DNA of 50,300 nt from Burkholderiales bacterium (lineage in GTDB: Bacteria; Pseudomonadota; Gammaproteobacteria; Burkholderiales; Burkholderiaceae_C): the NCBI GenBank assembly GCA_037443905.1, contig JBBINL010000001.1, positions 1-50,300 on the forward strand, read 5' to 3'. Shown one piece after another: positions 22,330 through 34,013 of this stretch; the stretch's first letter is position 1; every line of letters starts with the position of its first letter. The position numbers were made by a program, and so were the translations under genes. Below the pieces are notes generated by a model. It ran no database searches, was not told where the DNA came from, and saw only the letters and a list, made by a program, of their open reading frames with translations.

Positions 22330-23454
22330 ATGTTCAGTTTTTTCAAAAAAAAGATCCCGCCCCAGGCGGTCGCTGAGACGCCCGCTGAAACGCCGGCTCC
22401 GGCAGCCGCACCCTTGCAGAGTACAGCGATGTCTTCTGCTGCGGCGCCAAAGCCGCCGTATTCTGCCCCCGAGCCAATACCCGTACCGGAACCGGGAAGA
22501 AAATCCTGGATCGACAAACTCAAGGCCGGTTTGCGCAAAACCGGCGCCAGCATTGCCACCGTCTTCACCGGCACACAAATCGACGACGCGCTCTACGAAG
22601 ATCTGGAAACCGCGCTGCTGATGGCCGACACCGGCGTCAAGGCCACCGAACATTTGCTGCAGGACCTGAAACGACGCGTCAAGGAGAGCAAAACCACCGA
22701 CCCGGCGGCAGTCAAGGGCTTGCTGGTGGAGTCGCTCGCCAGCCTGCTGGCACCGCTGCAAAAATCGCTGGTGATCGGCCGCTTCAAGCCCACCGTGATC
22801 ATGGTCGCAGGCGTCAACGGCGCCGGCAAGACCACCTCGATCGGCAAGCTCACCCGGCATCTGGCCAGCAGCCACGCCAGTGTGCTGCTGGCCGCCGCCG
22901 ACACCTTTCGCGCCGCCGCGCGTGAGCAGCTGGGGGTGTGGGCCGACCGCACCGCGGTTGACATCATCAGCCAGGACGGCGGCGACCCGGCCGCGGTGGC
23001 CTTCGATGCCGTCAGCGCCGGCAAGGCGCGCGGCCGCGACGTGGTGCTGGTGGACACCGCCGGTCGCCTGCCGACCCAACTGCACCTGATGCAGGAGCTT
23101 GTCAAGATCAAGCGCGTGATTCAGAAAACGGGGCCGGCCCTGGATCATCCGGAACCTGCCACAGCCAGCACGGAACCGGAGGCAGACAGACTCGCCACGC
23201 CACCGCACGAAGTGCTGCTGGTGATTGACGGCAACACCGGCCAAAACGCGCTGACGCAAGTGAAAGCCTTTGATGACGCACTCGGTTTGACCGGCCTGAT
23301 CGTGACCAAGCTCGACGGCACCGCCAAGGGTGGCGTGCTGGCGGCCATCGCGCGCGAACGGCCTGTTCCGGTGTATTTCATTGGCGTGGGCGAAAAACTG
23401 GAAGACCTGGAAACCTTCAATGCCCGTGAATTTGCACAGGCGCTGATCTCCTGA
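22330..23454 (+). CDS. ftsY: SRP receptor FtsY
   Basis: GVNGAGKTT, DTFRAAA, DTAGR, TKLDGTAKGG. Confidence 0.97.
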   Translation: MFSFFKKKIPPQAVAETPAETPAPAAAPLQSTAMSSAAAPKPPYSAPEPIPVPEPGRKSWIDKLKAGLRKTGASIATVFTGTQIDDALYEDLETALLMADTGVKATEHLLQDLKRRVKESKTTDPAAVKGLLVESLASLLAPLQKSLVIGRFKPTVIMVAGVNGAGKTTSIGKLTRHLASSHASVLLAAADTFRAAAREQLGVWADRTAVDIISQDGGDPAAVAFDAVSAGKARGRDVVLVDTAGRLPTQLHLMQELVKIKRVIQKTGPALDHPEPATASTEPEADRLATPPHEVLLVIDGNTGQNALTQVKAFDDALGLTGLIVTKLDGTAKGGVLAAIARERPVPVYFIGVGEKLEDLETFNAREFAQALIS

Positions 23455-23486
23455 GCTGTTATTCGCACCCCAACCAGGCTGACCCC

Positions 23487-24167
23487 ATGACCACATTACT
23501 TCCCCATATCCAGATCGAAACCGCCCCGAATCCCGGCACTGCCGTGATCTGGCTGCATGGCTTGGGCGCCGACGGCAACGACTTTGCTGCCCTGGTGCCC
23601 GAACTCGACCTTTCCGGCTGTCCCGGCATTCGCTTCATTTTTCCGCACGCACCCAGCATGCCGGTGACGATCAACGGCGGTTACGTGATGCCCGCCTGGT
23701 ATGACATTCGTGGCGTGGACTTGCTCAGTCAACAAGATGAGGCAGGCATTCGCGCTTCGGAAAAAGCCATTGCGGCGCTGATCGAGCGCGAAATTGCCCG
23801 AGGCATTTCAGCTCAGAAAATCGTGCTGGCGGGTTTCTCGCAAGGCAGCGCCATGGCCCTTCACACAGGACTGCGCTTTCCCCAATCATTGGCCGGCATC
23901 ATGGCCCTGTCGGGCTACCTGCCGTTGGCCGAGCGCTTTGCAGCTGAGCGCTCCCCGGCCAACGCCCACACACCGATCTTCATGGCCCATGGCAATCAGG
24001 ACCCGGTGGTGGATCCGGCACGCGGCGCTGCCAGCCGTGACGTGCTGCGCAGCCTGGGTTACGAGGTGCAATGGCACAGCTACCCCATGGCGCATAGCGT
24101 GCACCCGCATGAGGTGGCCGATATCGCGGTCTTTTTGACGCGCGTGCTGACTCCTCAAGTGGTCTGA
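23487..24167 (+). CDS. Carboxylesterase / phospholipase (alpha/beta hydrolase)
   Basis: WLHGLGADG, AWYDI, nucleophile GFSQG, HGNQDPVV, catalytic His in MAHSV. Confidence 0.93.
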   Translation: MTTLLPHIQIETAPNPGTAVIWLHGLGADGNDFAALVPELDLSGCPGIRFIFPHAPSMPVTINGGYVMPAWYDIRGVDLLSQQDEAGIRASEKAIAALIEREIARGISAQKIVLAGFSQGSAMALHTGLRFPQSLAGIMALSGYLPLAERFAAERSPANAHTPIFMAHGNQDPVVDPARGAASRDVLRSLGYEVQWHSYPMAHSVHPHEVADIAVFLTRVLTPQVV

Positions 24168-24296
24168 AAGCAACCCTGCGGCAACTGGTTTTGCCGCGCC
24201 GGGCCAATCTGACCTGAAAAAAGTGAAAATAGCATTTGTCTAGCTGAAAGAAATGCTTGCGGTCAGCAACGATTAACCCAACCTTTCAAGATCTTT

Positions 24297-25511
24297 ATGG
24301 CAACTGAAAAAAAATCCATCAAGGAATTTGTCTACGAATGGGAAGGCAAGGACCGCAATGGCAAGCAGGTGCGCGGCGAAACCCGTGCGGGAGGCGAAAA
24401 CCAGGTGCAGGCCTCGCTGCGCCGTCAGGGCATCATGCCCACCAAGATCAAAAAAAGGCGCATGAGTTCGGGCAAGTCCATCAAGCCCAAGGACATCGCC
24501 ATCTTCACACGCCAGCTCGCCACCATGATGAAGGCGGGCGTGCCGCTACTGCAGGCCTTTGACATCGTAGGCCGTGGCAACCCCAACCCGAACTTGACCC
24601 GGCTGCTCAATGACATTCGCAACGATGTCGAAACCGGGACCTCGCTCAGTGCGGCATTTCGCAAATACCCGCTGTACTTTGACAACCTGTACTGCAATCT
24701 GGTCGAGGCTGGCGAAGCCGCCGGTATCCTTGACCAATTGCTCGACCGGCTGGCGGTTTACATGGAAAAAACCGAGGCCATGAAGTCCAAGATCAAGTCG
24801 GCCCTGATGTACCCCATCTCGGTGCTGGTCGTGGCTTTTGTGGTGACGGCGGTGATCATGATTTTTGTCGTGCCGGCGTTCAAGGAAGTGTTTTCCAACT
24901 TCGGCGCCGACCTGCCGGCACCTACCCTGGTGGTGATCGCCGTCAGTGAATTTTTTGTGCAGTACTGGTGGCTGATATTTGGCGGCATCGGCGGTGGTTT
25001 GTATTTCTTCATGCAGGCCTGGCGGCGCAGCAAAAAAATGCAGCTTGTGATGGATCGCATCATGTTGAAAATGCCCATTTTTGGCACCCTGGTGGAAAAA
25101 TCGTGCATTGCCCGCTGGACACGCACCCTGTCCACCATGTTTGCCGCCGGTGTGCCGCTGGTCGAGGCGCTGGACTCGGTGGGGGGAGCCTCCGGCAACT
25201 CGGTCTATGAAATGGCAACGGTCAAAATCCAGCAGGAAGTCTCCACCGGCACCGCGTTGACAGCGGCCATGACCAACACCAACCTGTTCCCGTCGATGGT
25301 GCTTCAGATGTCCGCCATCGGTGAAGAATCAGGCTCGCTCGATCACATGCTGGGCAAGGCGGCCGACTTTTTCGAGTCGGAAGTGGACGACATGGTGGCC
25401 GGCATCTCAAGCCTGATGGAACCCATCATCATCGTGATTCTGGGTATCGTCATCGGTGGCATCGTGGTGGCCATGTATCTGCCCATCTTCAAGCTTGGGC
25501 AGGTGGTTTGA
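24297..25511 (+). CDS. pilC: Type IV pilus platform protein PilC
   Basis: FTRQLATMMKAGVPL, EAGEAAGIL, GEESGSLD, AMYLPIFKLG. Confidence 0.96.
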   Translation: MATEKKSIKEFVYEWEGKDRNGKQVRGETRAGGENQVQASLRRQGIMPTKIKKRRMSSGKSIKPKDIAIFTRQLATMMKAGVPLLQAFDIVGRGNPNPNLTRLLNDIRNDVETGTSLSAAFRKYPLYFDNLYCNLVEAGEAAGILDQLLDRLAVYMEKTEAMKSKIKSALMYPISVLVVAFVVTAVIMIFVVPAFKEVFSNFGADLPAPTLVVIAVSEFFVQYWWLIFGGIGGGLYFFMQAWRRSKKMQLVMDRIMLKMPIFGTLVEKSCIARWTRTLSTMFAAGVPLVEALDSVGGASGNSVYEMATVKIQQEVSTGTALTAAMTNTNLFPSMVLQMSAIGEESGSLDHMLGKAADFFESEVDDMVAGISSLMEPIIIVILGIVIGGIVVAMYLPIFKLGQVV

Positions 25512-26350
25512 TGAGCGGTTCAGGTCTGGATGCCGGTTTGCTGGGCATATTGGGATTGCTGATCGGCAGCTTTCTCAACGTGGTCATTTACCGCTTGCCG
25601 GTCATGCTCGAGGCCCGGTGGAAAGCCGAATGCGCCGACCTGCAGGGCCAGACCCTGCCCGAGACCGCGCCCTTCAATCTGCTGGTGCCGCGCTCGCGCT
25701 GCCAGAGTTGCGGCCATCAGATCAGCTGGTTTGAAAACATCCCCGTCCTGAGCTTCCTGGTGTTGCGCGGGAAATGCGGTCACTGCAAAGCGGCGATCAG
25801 CCTGCGCTATCCAGCGGTTGAACTGATCACTGGCCTGCTTTTTACATGGTGCGGCTGGCAATGGGGCGCCAGCGCCACCGGCCTGGCCTGGTGCGGCTTT
25901 TGTGCAGCCTTGCTGACGCTCACCCTGATTGACTGGGACACCACGCTGTTGCCCGATGACCTGACGCTGCCGCTGCTGTGGGCCGGCCTGGCGTTTGCCG
26001 CGCTGAATCTGACCTCCATCGGCCTTGGCGAAGCCTTCTGGGGCGCAGTGGGCGGCTATCTGTCGCTCTGGCTGGTGTACTGGGCGTTCAAGCTGGCCAC
26101 CGGCAAGGAGGGCATGGGTTATGGCGACTTCAAGCTCTTCGCTGCCCTGGGCGCCTGGTTCGGCTGGCAAGCACTCATCCCCATCATCCTGATGGCATCG
26201 GTCATTGGTGCCGTGGTGGGCATTGCCATGAAGTTCGCCAAAAATCTGCGCGAAGGCGGTTATGTCCCGTTTGGTCCTTTTTTGTCGATGGCCGGTCTGA
26301 CGGCCATGGTGATTGGCCCCAATGCCATCCTCAAGGCCGTCGGACTGTAA
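25511..26350 (+). CDS. pilD: Prepilin peptidase / N-methyltransferase
   Basis: GSFLNVVIYRLP, two CxxC pairs, EGMGYGDFKL, PFGPFL. Confidence 0.97.
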   Translation: MSGSGLDAGLLGILGLLIGSFLNVVIYRLPVMLEARWKAECADLQGQTLPETAPFNLLVPRSRCQSCGHQISWFENIPVLSFLVLRGKCGHCKAAISLRYPAVELITGLLFTWCGWQWGASATGLAWCGFCAALLTLTLIDWDTTLLPDDLTLPLLWAGLAFAALNLTSIGLGEAFWGAVGGYLSLWLVYWAFKLATGKEGMGYGDFKLFAALGAWFGWQALIPIILMASVIGAVVGIAMKFAKNLREGGYVPFGPFLSMAGLTAMVIGPNAILKAVGL

Positions 26351-26981
26351 AAACGGACCGACACCGTTTCATGTCGGCTTGACCGGCGGCATAGGCAGCG
26401 GCAAAAGCACCGTGGCTGCCCTGCTGGCCCAACACGGCGCCGCCGTGATTGATGCCGATGCCATCTCGCGCCAGCTCACCGCCTCCGGTGGCGCGGCCAT
26501 GGCGGCCATTGCCCGCGATTTCGGCGCCGATTTCATCACCGCCGAGGGCGCGCTCGATCGCGACCGGATGCGCGCCCTGGCCTACACCACCCCCCGGGCC
26601 AGGCAGCAACTCGAAGCCATCATCCATCCACTGGTGGGCGCAGAAACCTGGCGCCAGGCCCGCGCGGCCCAGGCGGCCGGTCATCCTTGCCTGGTGTTCG
26701 ATGTTCCCCTGCTGGTGGAATCGAGCAGCTGGCGCCAAAAAGTGGACCATGTGCTGGTGGTGGACTGCCTGCCGGAAACACAAGTCAGGCGAGTGGTGGC
26801 ACGCAATGCGCTGGCCCCTGCTGCCATCGAGGCGATCATGGCTGCCCAGAGCAGTCGCCTCAGCCGCTTGAAGGCGGCCGACAGCGTGATCTTCAATGAC
26901 GGCTTGTCGCTTGCGGATTTGAGCCTAGAAGTCGCCGCCCTGGCACCACGCTTCAAGCTATCATTACACCCTGAACCTTGA
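26322..26981 (+). CDS. coaE: Dephospho-CoA kinase
   Basis: GLTGGIGSGKST, IDAD, IIHPLV, DVPLLVE. Start uncertain: the nearest upstream in-frame ATG overlaps the pilD end. Confidence 0.93.
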   Translation: MPSSRPSDCKNGPTPFHVGLTGGIGSGKSTVAALLAQHGAAVIDADAISRQLTASGGAAMAAIARDFGADFITAEGALDRDRMRALAYTTPRARQQLEAIIHPLVGAETWRQARAAQAAGHPCLVFDVPLLVESSSWRQKVDHVLVVDCLPETQVRRVVARNALAPAAIEAIMAAQSSRLSRLKAADSVIFNDGLSLADLSLEVAALAPRFKLSLHPEP

Positions 26982-26997
26982 TCGATTGAACCTTAGC

Positions 26998-27753
26998 GTG
27001 ATCCTTTACGAATACCCCTTGCAAGAACGCATTCGCACCTATTTGCGACTGGAACATCTATTCCTCCAATTGCAGCTGTTGTTGCCGCGCGTGAATGCCA
27101 TGGATCACCACTTTGCGCTGGCATCCCTGTTCGAGATCCTGGAGGTGAGCGCACGCGCCGACCTGAAAACCGACCTGCTGAAAGACCTCGACAAGCAAAA
27201 GCACATGCTTGACAGTTACCGGGGCAATCCTGCCATTGCCGAAGCGGTGCTTGATGAGGTGATCGGGCAACTGGACCAGAAATTCGAGGCCCTGAACAAC
27301 CTGCCCGGCAAAATTGGCCAGAGCCTGACCGAAAACGAGTGGCTCATGGCCATCCGCAGCCGTATTGTCATCCCCGGCGGCACCTGTGGTTTTGATCTGC
27401 CGTCCTATTTCGCCTGGCAACACAAACCCAGCCATCTGCGCCAGGAGCAATTGCATCTATGGACCCTGAGCCTAGAGCCACTGGCTGGTGCGGTGCACCT
27501 GTTGCTCAAGTTGTTGCGCGACTCCGGCGCACCGCAAAAAGTGATTGCCATCGGTGGCCAGTTGCAGCAAAGCCTGCCACAAGGACGCACCTATTTGTTG
27601 CTGCGCCTGGCGCTTGACGAAACCCTGGAGCTGGTGCCCGAAATCAGCGGCAACCGGCTGATGATCTCGATGCGGTTGATGCTCCAAGGGCAAGACAACC
27701 GTTTGCAAGCCACCACGGAAGATGTCAGCATGGAGATGGCCTTGTGCGCGTGA
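26998..27753 (+). CDS. zapD: Cell division protein ZapD
   Basis: (GTG)ILYEYPLQERIRTYLRLE, IPGGTCGFDLP, PEISG. Confidence 0.95.
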   Translation: MILYEYPLQERIRTYLRLEHLFLQLQLLLPRVNAMDHHFALASLFEILEVSARADLKTDLLKDLDKQKHMLDSYRGNPAIAEAVLDEVIGQLDQKFEALNNLPGKIGQSLTENEWLMAIRSRIVIPGGTCGFDLPSYFAWQHKPSHLRQEQLHLWTLSLEPLAGAVHLLLKLLRDSGAPQKVIAIGGQLQQSLPQGRTYLLLRLALDETLELVPEISGNRLMISMRLMLQGQDNRLQATTEDVSMEMALCA

Positions 27754-27941
27754 GCAGCCCTGCCCCGGAGACCGACGTGCCGGCAAGAATCGTCAAGTGC
27801 CCTTGCTGTGGTGGCGTGAGCGTCTATGCCGCCAGCAACCGCTACCGGCCTTTTTGCAGCGAGCGCTGCAAAAAGATCGATCTGGGCGCCTGGGCCAGCG
27901 AGCAGTTTGCCGTGCCCGCTGCGACGCCCCCGAAGATCTGA
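27750..27941 (+). CDS. yacG: DNA gyrase inhibitor YacG
   Basis: VKCPCC..YRPFCSERCKKIDLGAWA; GTGA overlap with zapD. Confidence 0.95.
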   Translation: MSSPAPETDVPARIVKCPCCGGVSVYAASNRYRPFCSERCKKIDLGAWASEQFAVPAATPPKI

Positions 27942-27945
27942 AAAA

Positions 27946-28413
27946 TTAGCCGGCGCGCTCCTGCGCCAGCCACTGCAACACCGGCACCGTGCCGGGCAAC
28001 ACCGGACTCACCGACACCGGCAGTCGCTGCCAGGCAAACGACTGGGCCTCGCGCATCTGCAGTTCACCTGTCCAATGCCAGACCTTGCAAAAATGCAGGC
28101 GCACCAGGGCGTGCGGGTAATCCACCAGCTCCTGCCGCCAGGGCTCGATCTGGTCAATCTGCAGTCCCAATTCTTCCTGCAACTCACGTTGCAGGGCTTG
28201 CTGCACCGACTCACCCGGCTCGAACTTGCCGCCCGGGAACTCCCAGTAACCGGCATAAACTTTGCCGGTCGGGCGCGAGGTCAGCAAAAAATCTCCCTCT
28301 GGCCGGATCAGCACACCCACGGCCACATCAACCACGTCACGATGTATGCCACCCTGGCGTGGCAGGGCGGCGTCAGCCACCAGCGGCCTGGATGGCCCGG
28401 GCACCCGGATCAT
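27946..28413 (-). CDS. mutT: NUDIX hydrolase, MutT-like
   Basis: WEFPGGKFEPGESVQQALQRELQEELG Nudix box; usual position near secA/argJ. Confidence 0.88.
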   Translation of the reverse strand: MIRVPGPSRPLVADAALPRQGGIHRDVVDVAVGVLIRPEGDFLLTSRPTGKVYAGYWEFPGGKFEPGESVQQALQRELQEELGLQIDQIEPWRQELVDYPHALVRLHFCKVWHWTGELQMREAQSFAWQRLPVSVSPVLPGTVPVLQWLAQERAG

Positions 28414-29288
28414 GCGGCCACGGCGTGCTGGCCAGCGTAATCGCGGGCAAACTGGTAGGCCACGCGACCGCTGCGAGAGCCGCGTTCCAGCGCCCAGACC
28501 AGTGCTTGCGCGCGCGCTGCCTCGATGGCTTCAGGAGCCACGCCGAAGGACGCCAGCCACTGGGCCACAATGGTCAGGTATTCGTCTTGCGAGAAAGGGT
28601 AAAAGCTCACCCACAGGCCAAAGCGTTCGGAGAGCGAGATTTTTTCTTCCACGCCCTCGCCCGGATGCACCTCGCCGTCATCGGTATGGGTGTAGCTGAG
28701 GTTTTCCTTCATGAACTCCGGCAACAGATGGCGCCGGTTGCTGGTGGCATAGATCAGCACGTTGGCGGTGCTGGCAGCCACCGAACCGTCCAGAATCGAC
28801 TTCAGTGCCTTGTAGCCTGGTTCGCCCTCGTCAAAGCTCAGGTCATCGCAAAAAACGATGAATTTCTCGGGCCGCGCAGACACCAGATCGACAATGTCGG
28901 GAAGGTCGATCAGGTCGGCCTTGTCCACCTCGATCAGGCGCAAACCCCGCGCGGCAAATGCATTCAGACAAGCACGAATCAGCGAGGATTTGCCGGTACC
29001 GCGCGCGCCGGTCAGCAGCACATTGTTGGCTGGCTGGCCGTTGACAAACTGCAGCGTGTTGCGGCGGATTTTTTCTTTCTGCGGCTTGATCTCTTTCAGG
29101 TCGGTCAGCGCCATGGCACCGACTTGGCGCACCGGCTCCAGCGTGGCGCGACCCGAGCTACGCTTGCGGTAACGGAAAGCGCTGGAGGCAGCCCAATCAG
29201 GCTGCGCCAGCGCTTGCGGCAGCACCGCTTCGATGCGGGTAATGAGTTGCTCGGCGCGTTGCAGCAGGTGCTCGAAGCTGGCGTTCAT
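28410..29288 (-). CDS. AAA+ ATPase (DUF815 family)
   Basis: Real start MNASF at 29288; [47 protein letters not shown]. Confidence 0.92.
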   Translation of the reverse strand: MNASFEHLLQRAEQLITRIEAVLPQALAQPDWAASSAFRYRKRSSGRATLEPVRQVGAMALTDLKEIKPQKEKIRRNTLQFVNGQPANNVLLTGARGTGKSSLIRACLNAFAARGLRLIEVDKADLIDLPDIVDLVSARPEKFIVFCDDLSFDEGEPGYKALKSILDGSVAASTANVLIYATSNRRHLLPEFMKENLSYTHTDDGEVHPGEGVEEKISLSERFGLWVSFYPFSQDEYLTIVAQWLASFGVAPEAIEAARAQALVWALERGSRSGRVAYQFARDYAGQHAVAA

Positions 29289-30514
29289 GAGCGGTAGTCC
29301 GCATTGATCGAGACGTAGTCGTGGCTTAAATCGCAGGTCCACACCGTGTCCGCCGCATCGCCACGACCGAGCAGCACGCGCACCGTGATTTCGGCCTGCT
29401 GCATGACACGCTGACCGTCTTCCTCGCGGTAAGCCGGGTTGCGTGCGCCCTTGCTCGCCACCAGCACATCGTCCAGGTACAAATCGATACCGGTCTGGTC
29501 CAGGTCGGCAATGCCGGCATAACCCACGGCGGCCAGAATGCGGCCCAGGTTGGGGTCGCTGGCAAAAAAAGCGGTCTTGACCAGCGGAGAATGGGCAATG
29601 GCGTAGGCCACCTGGCGGCACTCGGCCTTGGTCTTGCCGCCTTCGACCTGGAGCGTGATGAACTTGGTTGCGCCCTCGCCGTCGCGCACAATCGCCTGCG
29701 CCAGCTGGCGCGCCACGCCCAGCATGGCGGCCTTGAGCGCCTGGCCGGCCGGGCTGTCGAGCGCGGTGATCGGCGCATGCGCTGCCTGGTTGGTCGCAAT
29801 GACCACAAACGAATCGTTGGTCGAGGTGTCGCCATCGACCGTGACGCGGTTGAACGAGCCTTCGGCCAGTTCCAGCGCCAGCTGCGCCATGAGTCTTTGG
29901 CTGACACAGGCATCGGTCGCCATGAAACCGAGCATGGTCGCCATGTTGGGACGGATCATGCCGGCGCCCTTGCTGATACCGGTGATGCTGACCTGCACAC
30001 CGTCGATCCACACCTGGGCGCCAAAAGCCTTGGGCACGGTGTCGGTGGTCATGATGGCTTCAGCCGCGCGCAGCCAGTTGCCTGGTTTGGCATCGCGCAG
30101 GGCAGCATCGAGCCCGGCTTCGATGCGGTCAACCGGCAGGGTTTCCATGATGACGCCGGTGGAAAATGGCAGCACCTGCTGCGGCTGCAGGCCCAGCCGC
30201 GCGGCCAGCGACCGGCAGGTGCTCAAGGCGCGCGCGCGACCGTCTTCACCGGTGCCGGCATTGGCATTGCCGGTGTTGATCAGCATCGCGCGAATGCCTT
30301 GTCCGGATGCCAGGTGCTCGCGGCAAAGCTGCACCGGCGCGGCACAAAACCGGTTTTGCGTGAACACGCCTGCCACTGATGCACCGTCGTCAATCAGCAC
30401 CACCGTCAGGTCTTTGCGATCGGCCTTGCGGATGCCGGCCTCGGTGACACCGATCTTTACCCCGGTAATGGGGAACAGCACGGCGGGGTTGGGGGCAGGA
30501 AGATGGACGGACAT
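29285..30514 (-). CDS. argJ: Ornithine acetyltransferase ArgJ
   Basis: [14 protein letters not shown] (autocleavage Thr), [24 protein letters not shown]. Confidence 0.97.
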   Translation of the reverse strand: MSVHLPAPNPAVLFPITGVKIGVTEAGIRKADRKDLTVVLIDDGASVAGVFTQNRFCAAPVQLCREHLASGQGIRAMLINTGNANAGTGEDGRARALSTCRSLAARLGLQPQQVLPFSTGVIMETLPVDRIEAGLDAALRDAKPGNWLRAAEAIMTTDTVPKAFGAQVWIDGVQVSITGISKGAGMIRPNMATMLGFMATDACVSQRLMAQLALELAEGSFNRVTVDGDTSTNDSFVVIATNQAAHAPITALDSPAGQALKAAMLGVARQLAQAIVRDGEGATKFITLQVEGGKTKAECRQVAYAIAHSPLVKTAFFASDPNLGRILAAVGYAGIADLDQTGIDLYLDDVLVASKGARNPAYREEDGQRVMQQAEITVRVLLGRGDAADTVWTCDLSHDYVSINADYRS

Positions 30515-30523
30515 CGCGCGCTT

Positions 30524-33268
<2,745 letters not shown>

Positions 33269-33504
33269 GAATACGGGGCGTACGATTTCAACCAACGGGG
33301 TCGATCCTGCAACGCAATCCTTTTTTACAATCTGACTGGAACGGGACGGTGCAACCCGAGTCAGACTAGGGCCAACACCATTAACGTGCCGATTTTACCT
33401 GTCCGACAATATGACAAACTTGGCACAGGATTGCGCTTGATCGCCTGGTCCGGTTCGCCAGGCGCTCATGTTGATCAACCTAGAGCCTTATCAACCCCAG
33501 CAAC

Positions 33505-33825
33505 ATGAGCCGACATCAGCCATCCGTGACCCTGCTGCAAGCCAGCCAAAGCCATGCCAGCCTGGCCAAACTGATGGAACTGAGCCGTGCCTCCAGGGCG
33601 CGCTATGACGCGGTTGCTGAACTGATCCCTGAGCCACTGCGGGCCAACGTGACCGCCGGCCCCCTCAACGACGGTGTCTGGTGTCTGTTGCTGAGCAACA
33701 CCACAACGGCGGCCAAGCTGCGCCAGCTCTTGCCCGCCTTCGAGGCACACCTGCGCATGCACCAGCTCGAAGTCAAGAGCATCCGGCTCAAGGTCAGTGG
33801 TTCAACGGGCTCGCCCCACGCTTGA
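33505..33825 (+). CDS. DciA / DUF721-like protein
   Basis: IPEPLRANVTAG..WCLL..AAKLRQLLP..IRLKV; divergent from secA, as typical. Confidence 0.75.
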   Translation: MSRHQPSVTLLQASQSHASLAKLMELSRASRARYDAVAELIPEPLRANVTAGPLNDGVWCLLLSNTTTAAKLRQLLPAFEAHLRMHQLEVKSIRLKVSGSTGSPHA

Positions 33826-34013
33826 CAATCATCCATTCACAAGATGGATTTGCACAGGCTGCGCAGATGGTTGCGTCACCCGCCCCGCACTGCCCGCAAG
33901 GCAAGTGGTTTGGATAGGACAATCGGCCTGATGCGGCTCACAACACACACCCTGGCACTTTGGCTTGGCACTGCCGGGCAGGCCAGTGTCGGCGCAGCAA
34001 TAGCGGAGGATTT

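Noticed and set aside
29289-30011. N-terminal extension of the 533-aa ORF
   Set aside because: Out-of-frame overlap with argJ; the ATPase starts at ATG 29288.
33421-33434. Sigma-54-like TGGCAC..TTGC before dciA (also TGGCAC near 33952)
   Set aside because: GG-to-GC spacing is 9 rather than the required 10; the second site also fails.
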